From NCBI GenBank assembly GCA_965116495.1, contig OZ220696.1:3232001-3296000 (forward strand): 64,000 bases of DNA, in the 5' to 3' direction. Every line of letters begins with the position of its first letter. The first letter of the stretch is position 1. This document shows positions 10,058 through 18,731 of this stretch, piece after piece. The notes under the pieces are model-generated. The model was not told where the DNA came from. It saw only the letters and a program-made list of their open reading frames with translations, and searched no databases. A program made the translations under genes and the position numbers. This DNA is from Gammaproteobacteria bacterium. Its GTDB lineage: Bacteria > Pseudomonadota > Gammaproteobacteria > Eutrophobiales > Eutrophobiaceae.

Positions 10058-10575
10058 CCCCTTCGTTCCAATTCGTTGAATTGGATAAAGCCGTTCATGA
10101 TCGCAAATCTTTCGATTGTGGCGCGGAAGAGTTGAACCTGTTTCTTCAGCAGTTTGCTGCCAGGCACAGGGCAGTAGGTACCAGTATGACCATGGTATTG
10201 CCCGCCAAAGAGAGTAAAGCTGATATCTGCGCCTACTACACGCTATCCCATACCGAGATCAAGCGACGAACGTTACCAAAGTCAGTCGCAAAGAAGTTAC
10301 CTTATTATCCGATTCCAGTGATACTGATAGCGCAACTCGCAGTGAACCGGAAAGTTCAGGGTCAAGGGCTTGGTAAAATCACACTGGTTCGTGCACTACA
10401 CCATGCAGGCGAAATCAATGAGCATTTGCCCTCTTATGCCGTAGTGGTTGATGCTTTGGATAATCAAATTCAGGGATTTTACGAGCAATTCGGTTTTGCT
10501 GCTCTCGACGCCCAGAGTCACCACAAACGCCTCTACATGCCCATGCAGACTGTGGTGCAATTATTCAGTGAATAA
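10054..10575 (+). CDS. GNAT acetyltransferase toxin, AtaT/TacT-like
   Basis: HDRKSFDCG..ELN.FL, QLAV...QGQGLG acetyl-CoA motif, VVVDA and FYEQFGF. Confidence 0.9.
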   Translation: MTPSFQFVELDKAVHDRKSFDCGAEELNLFLQQFAARHRAVGTSMTMVLPAKESKADICAYYTLSHTEIKRRTLPKSVAKKLPYYPIPVILIAQLAVNRKVQGQGLGKITLVRALHHAGEINEHLPSYAVVVDALDNQIQGFYEQFGFAALDAQSHHKRLYMPMQTVVQLFSE

Positions 10576-10756
10576 GGGGATTGATTTACTGTTTGTTTCT
10601 GAGGCTTTGGAAAGACCTTGGGTTCATAGACGCATTTGACGGTCAACCTGTTTTTGACTAGTTTGCTTATGACGATCATCAAGCACGGAACCCGCGAAGC
10701 CGGGTCTCCTGCTAAATAAAACAGTCCTCGACCCGGTACGGGGTAGCTCCCTGCAC

Positions 10757-11134
10757 CTGGGCCTGGCCGCGCCGTTGCTGACCCATGCGCTTGACGGCGC
10801 CCGCCTCAAACGGGCACAGCGGGAGATTGTCGCCGCCTTGCGCTTCTCCCGAACCAGGGCCATCAACACCCAGCGGCAGGTGATCTTCTCGCTTGATACC
10901 CAAACCGGCGCCCTGCGCGCCGGGGAAGATGAGCGCCTTACCCCATTACCCGAGAGCGCGACCTTGAGCATACAGGTGCCCCCATCAGAGCAGCTCTCGG
11001 CACATGAATACGCGGTGCGCTTCTACCCGGACGGCAGCGCCACGGACATGACGCTGTCGTTTCAGCGCGGCGAGCAGGTTTTCCACATCGAGGTGGACGC
11101 GTTGACAGCAAAGGTAAGCCATCTTGCACCGTAA
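10757..11134 (+). pseudogene. gspH: Type II secretion minor pseudopilin GspH, 5'-truncated
   Basis: LGLAAPLL...LRFSRTRAI...VRFYPDGSA...IEVDALT is GspH-like, but no GFTLxE prepilin site or start codon lies upstream in frame (in-frame TGA at 10670). Confidence 0.7.
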
Positions 11135-11516
11135 CCGCGCCGCGTCTCAACAGGGTTTCACCTTGCTGGAGGTCCTGGTGGCGTTTTTCATCAGCGCCAT
11201 GTCCTTGGGCGTGTTGTATCAAGTCTATGCCAAAGGGGCCACCGCGCTTGACCTGGCGCGAGACTATGCCCTGGCCCTGGCCATTGCGGAATCGAGGCTG
11301 GCTGAAGCCACCATCCCGGATACACCGCATCAAGGCCGGGAGTTGGACCGGTTTGACTGGGACCTGTCAACAGAAACGTATATCAACGTGAGCCTGGATG
11401 AGATGTCCTCCCTGTCCTACACCCTGCTGCTTGCCGAAGTCAGCGTGCGCTGGCAAAACCGGGGCAAGACACATGAAACAGTCCTGCAAACACTGAAGCC
11501 GGTGCTGCGTGATTAG
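11124..11516 (+). CDS. gspI: Type II secretion minor pseudopilin GspI
   Basis: QQGFTLLEVLVAF prepilin cleavage/N-methylation motif; position in the H-I-J-K order. Confidence 0.8.
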   Translation: MHRNRAASQQGFTLLEVLVAFFISAMSLGVLYQVYAKGATALDLARDYALALAIAESRLAEATIPDTPHQGRELDRFDWDLSTETYINVSLDEMSSLSYTLLLAEVSVRWQNRGKTHETVLQTLKPVLRD

Positions 11517-12168
11517 CTCCGTTCCCGCACCTGCCCGCCCTGACGGCTTTGCCCTGCCCGAAGCGCTGCTTGCCATGCTTGTATTCATGTTTATTCTGCT
11601 GATGCTGTATCTCGCGCTGTTCTCCGCGGGCAACTACCACCGCACCGGCGAGGTGCGGTTGCGCCACAACGACGACAAACGCTTCCTCCCATACTTCCTG
11701 CGCCGGCAGCTTGAGCAAGCCGTGCCGCTGATAGGGGTGGATGATAGCGAAATGCAGGTCTTGTTCCGCGGCAACGAGCGCACGTTGCGGTTTGTCGGCG
11801 CGCTGCCCTCTTACCGGCGCGATGACGGGTTATACCTGCAGGAATTGTCCCTGGCGGATGATGCGCTGGTACTCAACTACCACCCGCTGACCCGCGCGCC
11901 GGACTTGTACGCCGAGAACGGCCTGGCCGATGCCGAGCAGATCAGCCTGGCGCAGCCGGTTGAGCGGCTGGAGTTGGCGTATTTCGGGCGCCACACGGCA
12001 GACGGCGCGCCGGCGTGGAGGGATGCCTGGGATAACCCGGACTGGTTGCCAATTCTGCTCCGCGTGCACGTCGCCATGGAGCAACAGGAGGCTTGGCCGC
12101 CACTGGTGATCGCGCTGCGCGCACAGGCCGAATGGCGCCCGCCGCAGTTGGCGCTGTACCTGGAATAA
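11509..12168 (+). CDS. gspJ: Type II secretion minor pseudopilin GspJ
   Basis: Degenerate prepilin motif GFALPEALLAM; W..AW....LP.LLRV C-terminal pattern; gene order. Confidence 0.75.
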   Translation: MISSVPAPARPDGFALPEALLAMLVFMFILLMLYLALFSAGNYHRTGEVRLRHNDDKRFLPYFLRRQLEQAVPLIGVDDSEMQVLFRGNERTLRFVGALPSYRRDDGLYLQELSLADDALVLNYHPLTRAPDLYAENGLADAEQISLAQPVERLELAYFGRHTADGAPAWRDAWDNPDWLPILLRVHVAMEQQEAWPPLVIALRAQAEWRPPQLALYLE

Positions 12169-12176
12169 CGGTTGCA

Positions 12177-13112
12177 ATGTGTCGCAAGCGACAAGTTAAT
12201 CGACTGGATTCCTGCTTGCGCAGGAATGACGAACGGGGCGTGGTCTTGATCCTGGCGCTTTGGTTGCTGGCGTTGCTGGGCCTCATGGCCGGGGCGCACA
12301 GTTATGCCCTGCGCACCGAAACCTGGTTGACCATCCACGCGCAGGACCGGGCCAGGGCGCGTGCAGTGGCGGAAGCCGGGGTGTGGCTGGCCGTGGCCGA
12401 CCTGTTAAGTCCGCTTTCGGTACAACGCTGGCCGCAGGACGGCACCCCCATCGAGATCAACTTTGTGGCCGGGACAATCGGGCTGCGCATCCAGGACGAA
12501 GCCGGCCTGGTCGATATCAACCGCGCCGATGATGCCTTGTTACGGGGCCTGCTGTCCGATGCCGTCCCGCCGGGACAGGCTGTCACACCGTTGTTCGACG
12601 CCGTGCTGGACTGGCGCGACCCGGACCAGGCGCGGCGCGCGGCCGGCGCCGAGGACACAGACTACCTGCTCTCCGAGTATGACTCCAAAGACGGCCCGTT
12701 CAACAGCATCGAAGAGTTACGCCGGGTGTCAGGCATGAGCGATGAGATCTACCGCAACATCCGCCACGCCGTCACGATTCATTCCATGCAGCCGGGGATC
12801 AACCCGGCCCCGGCCCCGCGGGCCGTGCTGGAAGCCATACCGGGCAGTCGCGCAGACCTCATTGATGCGTACCTGGCCAGGCGTCACGAAGCGGGGCAGA
12901 CAGCCACCATCACGGACACGGACCACCACTATTTCAATGCCCGGCAAGGGCTGACCCTGACCATTACCAGCACCGGCACGGCAGGGCGCGCCAGGCTGAG
13001 ACTGGACGTGGTGGTGGCGCTGGACCGCACGCGCACGCCGCCTTATTCAGTGCTGGCTTGGCGGGCGTCCCGCCTGCCTTATACACCTCCCGCAAATGAA
13101 GGCAACAGCTGA
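12177..13112 (+). CDS. gspK: Type II secretion minor pseudopilin GspK
   Basis: RGVVLILALW, IQDEAGLVDINRA, DWRDPD and FNSIEELRRVSGM motifs; start at ATG 12177 just after the gspJ stop. Confidence 0.87.
   Translation: MCRKRQVNRLDSCLRRNDERGVVLILALWLLALLGLMAGAHSYALRTETWLTIHAQDRARARAVAEAGVWLAVADLLSPLSVQRWPQDGTPIEINFVAGTIGLRIQDEAGLVDINRADDALLRGLLSDAVPPGQAVTPLFDAVLDWRDPDQARRAAGAEDTDYLLSEYDSKDGPFNSIEELRRVSGMSDEIYRNIRHAVTIHSMQPGINPAPAPRAVLEAIPGSRADLIDAYLARRHEAGQTATITDTDHHYFNARQGLTLTITSTGTAGRARLRLDVVVALDRTRTPPYSVLAWRASRLPYTPPANEGNS
12204..12231. repeat. CGTC-type palindromic repeat (REP/RPE-like), in frame in the gspK 5' end
   Basis: CTGGATTCCTGCTTGCGCAGGAATGACG, hairpin ATTCCTGC/GCAGGAAT; encodes LDSCLRRND. 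Confidence 0.8.
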
Positions 13113-14232
13113 TGTCAGTAAGGCTTAAACAATGGCTGCAAGCCGCGCTGGCCTGGTGGTCGGCAGGGTTGCTGGCGGCCCTGCCGGCGCGTTGGGTAGC
13201 CAGGCTGCTCACGCCGCCGGATACCGTGACCGTGGCGCGCCGGACTGACAAGCTGGTGTTTAAGCTGTATGACAGGGCCAGCGGAGAGTTGCTCGAGGAG
13301 CGTGGCATGGACGCAGGCGATATCGCCGCGCAAGACGGCATCAACCGCTGGCTTGCCCAGCGGCCACACGACCTCCGGCTGACCCTGCTGCTACCCCGTG
13401 ACGCCTTACTGGAAAAACAGTTGGTGTATCCCCTGGGTGCGGCGCCGGATTTGCGCGCGCTGCTGGCCTTTGAGGTGGAACGGCTCACGCGTTTACCCGT
13501 GAACAAGTGTATTTTGACTACGCGATCACCCGCAGGGATGAGGGCCGCGGCCAACTCCACGTCGCTATGTACCTGGCGCTGCGGCAGGCCGTTCAGCAAC
13601 AACTTGACGGCTTGGACTTCCTGGCGGTAACGCCGATGGCGGTAGCAACAGACGAGTCCGGCGCCCTTGTTAATCTACTCCCTGAATCCGGGCGCGGCGG
13701 CGCCACCGCAGCCGCGGTCCGACCGCTGGCGCGGCCCGCCCTGCTGTGCCTGATCCTGTTAATCGCCGCGCTGTACACGCCCTTGTGGCGTTACGATGCG
13801 TTGGCTGAGCAGCTTGAGGAACAAGTACGTCACCAGCGCACCCAGGCGCTGCAAGCCCAGGCACACACGGCAGGACAACAGCTTGCCCTGGACCGGGCCC
13901 GTTTTCTATCGACCCGGTCGCGTTTTCCCGCGCCGGCCATGCAGTTGCTGTTGGCGTTGACCCAGGCTCTGCCCGATCATACTTCGATACAGCAACTGGT
14001 TCTGGGGGTAGACGAGATACAGGTACAGGGCGAATCTGCGGCAGCCGCCTCGATCATCGGGCTTATCGAGGCCTCGGATTATTTTGAGCAGGTGGAGTTT
14101 CGCGCGCCGCTGACAAAGAACGCCCATGACGGCAAGGAGCGGTTTCACGTGGCGGCCCGGCCCACCGATGCGGATGAGTTAGGGATCCGTTTTGACGTGA
14201 CGGCCTTCATCTACCGGGACCAGCAACCGTGA
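13112..14232 (+). pseudogene. gspL: Type II secretion protein GspL (PilN domain), frameshifted, possibly ending in a gspM remnant
   Basis: Split into ORFs 13112-13630 and 13507-14232; adding 1 nt near 13490 restores RLTPFTREQVYFDY; PilN-like QGESAAAASIIGLIEAS..F..VEF motif. Confidence 0.75.
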
Positions 14233-14741
14233 CACCCGCCCCGCAGACGATCCGTTCGCTACAGCGCCTGCTGCTCGCCGTGTGTGTTGGCCTGGCCGCT
14301 TACACCGTGTATGAATGGACCCGGCCCTATGCCGCGCCCGACCCGGCGCAGCCCTTCAAGGGGGACTCATCCGGGCTGACGGACAGCGTTATCACCAGCG
14401 CCTATGAACTGTCTCCCCTCGAGAACTTTGCGGACACCCTGGCGCGCCCGCTGTTCAGGAGCGACCGCCGCCCTTATACCGCGCCGCAGCCCGTCCCGGT
14501 CCAGGAACCGGCGCCGGCGCCCGTGGCGGGCATCCCTCTGGACGAGCAGGTAGCCTTGCGCGCCACCATCATCATCGGCGAGAAACGGATTGCCCTTCTG
14601 CACGATATCGTCAACGACAACCCGCTCAGGCTGAGCCGGGGTGAGCGCGTGCACGGCTGGACCCTGACCGATGTGGACACCAACAGCGTGGCCCTGCAGA
14701 AAGACGGGACGGTAGCACGCCTGGCGCTGAAACAGGAATAA
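14229..14741 (+). CDS. T2SS-associated membrane-anchored protein (GspC/GspN-like)
   Basis: N-terminal TM, RPLFRSDRRP motif, Pro-rich linker, G..V.GWTL motif; position before gspE. Confidence 0.55.
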   Translation: MTPAPQTIRSLQRLLLAVCVGLAAYTVYEWTRPYAAPDPAQPFKGDSSGLTDSVITSAYELSPLENFADTLARPLFRSDRRPYTAPQPVPVQEPAPAPVAGIPLDEQVALRATIIIGEKRIALLHDIVNDNPLRLSRGERVHGWTLTDVDTNSVALQKDGTVARLALKQE

Positions 14742-14769
14742 GACGGGCGCGGGATTCAGGCATACATCC

Positions 14770-16491
14770 ATGACTGCAAGCAACATCGGCGACGTATTGG
14801 TTAAGGCCGGCACGTTACAGCCCGCAGAGCTGGAACAGGCCATGCAGGTCAACGACCATCAAACGGACGGTATCGGCCCCCTGTTGGTGCGCCTCGGCCT
14901 GGTGTCGGAGACCGATCTGGTCAACGCCTATGCCGGACACTATGACCTGGTGCTGCTGGCAGACCATGAGCTCCCGGCCACGCCGGTCGACCCGGGTGCG
15001 CTCAACAAAGCCTTCCTGGAGCAAGCCGGCGTACTGCCGCTCAGCGCGGGGCCGGACCGGATGACCCTGGCCGTTACCGATCCGGAAGACCACTTCAGCA
15101 TCCGCGCGGCGGAACTGGCCTGCGGCAAGGCCGCACAGCTCAAGCTGGCGCGCATCAGCCAGGTGCACAACGCCTTGCGCCGGCTCTACGGTGACGACAA
15201 GTCCACCATGGAGGACATTGTCGAGGCGATACCCGCCCAGGCGGTTACTGCCGAGCAGGATTCTGTGGATGAGTTGCGCTCTCTGGCCGCAGAGGCGCCC
15301 ATCATCCAACTGGTCAACCTGATTATCAACCGAGCCGTGAGCCTGCGCGCCTCCGACATCCACATCGAACCGTTTGCCAAGCGGCTGAGTGTGCGCTACC
15401 GCATCGACGGCATCTTGCAGGACGCCGAGGCGCCGCCGGCGCATTCCGGCGCGGCGATCATCTCCCGCATCAAGATCATGGCCAAGCTGAACATCGCCGA
15501 GCGGCGCTTGCCGCAGGACGGGCGCATCCGGTTACGCGCCCAGGGCCGGCTGCTGGACTTGCGGGTAGCGACGTTTCCCACCCTATACGGGGAGAGTATG
15601 GTGTTGCGCATCCTGGACCAGGACCAGGGGGTCACCACGCTGGAACGGCTGGGGTTTGACCCGGCGGTGGCGCACGCGCTGAACGACCTGCTGGCCCTGC
15701 CCCACGGCATTATTCTGGTCACCGGTCCCACCGGCAGCGGCAAGACCACCACCTTGTACGCCGCCTTGCAGCGGCTGAACACGGCCGAGCGCAAAATCCT
15801 CACGGTGGAAGACCCGGTGGAGTACCAGCTCGAAGGTATCAACCAGATGCAGGTGAAACCACAGATCGGGCTGAACTTTGCCGGCGCGTTACGCGCGCTG
15901 GTGCGGCAGGACCCGGACGTGATAATGATAGGCGAGATGCGCGACGTGGAGACCGCCCGGATCGCGGTGCAGGCCGCGCTCACCGGCCACCTGGTCTTCT
16001 CGACGCTGCACACCAACGACGCCGGCAGTTCCATCACCCGCCTGCTGGACATGGGCATCGAGGATTACCTGCTGACCTCCACCCTGAACGGCATCCTGGC
16101 GCAACGTCTGGTGCGCACCCTGTGCCGCGCCTGCCGGACGGCCTATACGCCGGAACCGGCGTTGCGTACCCAGTTACGCCAATGGCTGCCGGCAGAGAAC
16201 ACCGGTAACGTCTCACAGGCTAACGATGACGACACCGGCGCGCTACGCTTGTACCAGGCCAACGGCTGCACGGCCTGTGCGGACACCGGCTATCGCGGGC
16301 GCACCGTTATCGGGGAGTTACTGCGCCTGTCCGATACGTTACGCAGCCAGATACGAGAGGGCGCGGACGGCAAGGTTATCCAACACGCCGCCCTACGCGC
16401 CGGCATGGCCGGCATGCGCACGGACGGACTCAGGAAAGCACTGGCCGGGGTGACTACCGTTGAGGAGGTGACGCGGGTGACTCAAGGGTGA
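14770..16491 (+). CDS. gspE: Type II secretion ATPase GspE
   Basis: ASDIHIEP, ERRLPQDGR, Walker A GPTGSGKT, RQDPDVIMIGEMRD, TLHTND and two CxxC motifs. Confidence 0.95.
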   Translation: MTASNIGDVLVKAGTLQPAELEQAMQVNDHQTDGIGPLLVRLGLVSETDLVNAYAGHYDLVLLADHELPATPVDPGALNKAFLEQAGVLPLSAGPDRMTLAVTDPEDHFSIRAAELACGKAAQLKLARISQVHNALRRLYGDDKSTMEDIVEAIPAQAVTAEQDSVDELRSLAAEAPIIQLVNLIINRAVSLRASDIHIEPFAKRLSVRYRIDGILQDAEAPPAHSGAAIISRIKIMAKLNIAERRLPQDGRIRLRAQGRLLDLRVATFPTLYGESMVLRILDQDQGVTTLERLGFDPAVAHALNDLLALPHGIILVTGPTGSGKTTTLYAALQRLNTAERKILTVEDPVEYQLEGINQMQVKPQIGLNFAGALRALVRQDPDVIMIGEMRDVETARIAVQAALTGHLVFSTLHTNDAGSSITRLLDMGIEDYLLTSTLNGILAQRLVRTLCRACRTAYTPEPALRTQLRQWLPAENTGNVSQANDDDTGALRLYQANGCTACADTGYRGRTVIGELLRLSDTLRSQIREGADGKVIQHAALRAGMAGMRTDGLRKALAGVTTVEEVTRVTQG

Positions 16492-16548
16492 TGTGCCGGT
16501 CCTGGCGTCATCGGTGCGTCGAGGTCTGCCGTTGACATAGACGCCATC

Positions 16549-16664
16549 TGGAACTCTTACAGCCCCGGTTTTGCTGGAAAAAAGGGGCGTTTAAGGGGAG
16601 ATAACAGGCAGAATAGACGTATAAACTCAATGAAAACAATTAATTGGGATGGTCCGACCCCATC
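16549..16664 (+). repeat. 116-bp repeat copy 1 (MITE-like family ending GGTCCGACCCCATC)
   Basis: Closely similar direct copy at 17841-17956; diverged inverted copy at 17617-17757. Confidence 0.85.
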
Positions 16665-16761
16665 TCCAGTACAATGAACCAGCCATTGCCAAACCGGAAT
16701 AGATGGGCTGGTGCACCCATAAGTAACTTGCAGTGGGGGACGTTAGACAGTAATGAGGGTG

Positions 16762-17133
16762 TTATTTCGGAAAGTACCTGACGTTTTTTAAATCCTTGAA
16801 ATCCATATCCTGCGTCCATATTGTTGCATTATATCTCCGCGCCGTTGCGTAAATTATGCTGTCTGCCAAGGGAAGTTTATAGTCAACTCCAAAGTAGGCC
16901 GCTTTCACCGCCAACCCCTCAGTCAGTGAAACAACCTTCCCCTGTTCCATATGTGTAATAGCCTTCAGAGCTGCATCCTCACCCCGCCGACGCATGATAA
17001 CTTTGAAAACCTCAGTCAAGGTGATGCTGGGCACCAGCAGTTCTTCCAGTCGTCCAATTGGTTCGGCAAAACATCGTGAATTTTTTTCGCTGGTAAAATA
17101 GGATAACCACCCGGATGAGTCGACCACGTTCAT
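16762..17133 (-). CDS. vapC: VapC family PIN-domain toxin
   Basis: VVDSSGW, TLTEVF, LADSIIYATA and WTQD..F PIN motifs. Confidence 0.9.
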   Translation of the reverse strand: MNVVDSSGWLSYFTSEKNSRCFAEPIGRLEELLVPSITLTEVFKVIMRRRGEDAALKAITHMEQGKVVSLTEGLAVKAAYFGVDYKLPLADSIIYATARRYNATIWTQDMDFKDLKNVRYFPK

Positions 17134-17336
17134 ACCCGATCTTCATCGCGCTCCAGAGTTGTATCCATGCCTTTCAGAAAGCCTCTCAAGTTCTCCATTG
17201 GCTCTATGGGAATCAGATGTATCCGACCGCGGTAATTGATCATCTGAATCTTCTGTCCCGAGACAATTCCACTTTCCTCCCTGATTTCTTTAGGAATTAC
17301 AATCTGATATTTTGGTGAGACGGTAACAGTAGTCAT
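17130..17336 (-). CDS. AbrB/MazE-type antitoxin (VapB)
   Basis: MTTVTVSPKYQIVIPKEIRE AbrB fold; ATGA overlap with vapC. Confidence 0.9.
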   Translation of the reverse strand: MTTVTVSPKYQIVIPKEIREESGIVSGQKIQMINYRGRIHLIPIEPMENLRGFLKGMDTTLERDEDRV

Positions 17337-17490
17337 GGGGGCTTTTCCATCGAAAAAATATGGTACTACGGTAGTAGTATCGATACGGGATGTCAAGAAA
17401 CTGAAACAGAAAAAGTGTTAGGAACAAATAAACTGTCCGCATCTGTAATACATAATCTGTCCGGTTTTATCATGTTGGTTTTTTGGAGAC

Positions 17491-17616
17491 ATGATGAAGC
17501 GGACAGAGTGGTTACAGGAGACAAAGCAAATGCGCTTCGAAGAAGCTTATTCAGGTTGGACAGAGCGGCGTTTGACGCAGGAAGAGGCGGCCCGGTTACT
17601 GCGGGTTGGAGAGGAA
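17491..17616 (+). mobile_element. Transposase N-terminal fragment (ISNCY/IS481-like HTH)
   Basis: MKRTEWLQETKQMRFEEAYSGWTERRLTQEEAARLL; similarity stops where the GGGGGTCAGACC element starts; TGT-starting candidate terminus near 17417. Confidence 0.6.
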
Positions 17617-17757
17617 GGGGGTCAGACCATCCTAACTATTTGTTTCCACTCTGTTTACATGCTTATTTGTCCTGCTGTTTTTCCTTAAAGCCCTCTTTTT
17701 GCCATCAAAAACGAATTTTAAGGTTTTATCAAATACATGTGCTGATCCGACCCCATC
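17617..17757 (-). mobile_element. ~140-bp MITE-like element with terminal inverted GGGGTC(A/G)GA ends
   Basis: Begins GGGGGTCAGACCA and ends TGATCCGACCCCATC; the reverse complement aligns by eye over about 110 bp with the 116-bp repeats. Confidence 0.6.
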
Positions 17758-17800
17758 TCTCCCGGACCTCTCCCAGTACGGTTTGACTGGCACTCAAACT

Positions 17801-17837
17801 GAACCGGAATCAGTGTTCACGTTCGCCGGAATACGCA
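17801..17837 (-). mobile_element. Isolated IS21-family-like terminal inverted repeat
   Basis: Reverse complement TGCGTATTCCGGCGAACGTGAACACTGATTCCGGTTC: TG start and repeated ATTCCGG boxes as in IS21 ends; no istAB nearby. Confidence 0.45.
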
Positions 17838-17840
17838 GCA

Positions 17841-17956
17841 TGGAACTCTTACAGCCCCGGTTTTGCCGGTAAAAAGGGGCGTTTAAGGGGGGATAACAGG
17901 CAGAATTGAGCTATAAACTCAATGAAAACAATTAGTTGTTATGGTCCGACCCCATC
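17841..17956 (+). repeat. 116-bp repeat copy 2
   Basis: Direct repeat of 16549-16664 (TGGAACTCTTACAGCCCCGGTTTTGC...ATGGTCCGACCCCATC). Confidence 0.85.
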
Positions 17957-18140
17957 CCTTACTGCGATCTCTGCACTGGTTCTAATCGGAATAGCGTACT
18001 GACAATAGTTTCCTAATGTAATTGGATAATTTATCCCAATCCAAGAAAGAGGCTGTTTTCAAAATAGGGCATTTACCGCTCCCCATATCATCCGCACCAT
18101 GACAAGTTAACCGGTCAGAATTAAATTGAAAGAGTACTAG

Positions 18141-18719
18141 TTAATGTATCACACGATAATACCAGGAGCCGTCGAGACATAAAAAATCAGTCCAGCCTCC
18201 GCTACGTTCAGTACGAATTAGCTTTGCCTGGTCCGTAAAGATAATTTTATCTGCCGTTTTTCCATCAACAACAGGATAAAATGTGGAAGACATTATTCCT
18301 TTGGTTGTAGACTTTTCAATAATACTCAGCCCCCCAACCTTGTATTCTAACGGTATCTGGCTTGGGCAGATACTGTACTCCTCGAATTTAGCAAAGGGAG
18401 CATTATTGTGTTTTCCAGAAAAGACAAGGATCCTATATGTATATTCATCATTTGGATTGTTTGATTGACACGCCATTATCAGTGTTTGTTCATCTTCTGT
18501 GAAATCCTCGGTGACCAAGTAGGGCGGAGTAAAAACGAAAGGGCTGTCATAATAAAAGTCCTTTATCGGCGAACAGCCCTGTGGCGCCATATAGGTATGG
18601 TAATAATGATAAGGGATATTACTGTATTCCGGCATAGGAGCAATCATGGAATCACTTGCAAAACTATACGCGAACGGCCATATAAGCAGAATTGCAGTTT
18701 GAATCGTCTGCTTCATCAT
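18141..18719 (-). CDS. Exported protein, putative Rhs immunity protein
   Basis: Signal peptide (…AYSFA-SD), AT-rich, 4 Cys; starts 12 nt after the Rhs stop with an AGGA RBS. Confidence 0.65.
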   Translation of the reverse strand: MMKQTIQTAILLIWPFAYSFASDSMIAPMPEYSNIPYHYYHTYMAPQGCSPIKDFYYDSPFVFTPPYLVTEDFTEDEQTLIMACQSNNPNDEYTYRILVFSGKHNNAPFAKFEEYSICPSQIPLEYKVGGLSIIEKSTTKGIMSSTFYPVVDGKTADKIIFTDQAKLIRTERSGGWTDFLCLDGSWYYRVIH

Positions 18720-18731
18720 TTAGCTATCCTG

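Noticed and set aside
13480-13510. Programmed frameshift in gspL
   Set aside because: No slippery heptamer is visible; a simple 1-nt deletion (mutation or sequencing error) in a decaying cluster explains it.
16549-17956. Integron attC cassette or prophage att sites
   Set aside because: I could not identify RYYYAAC/GTTRRRY attC ends, an integrase or phage genes; treated as MITE-like repeats.
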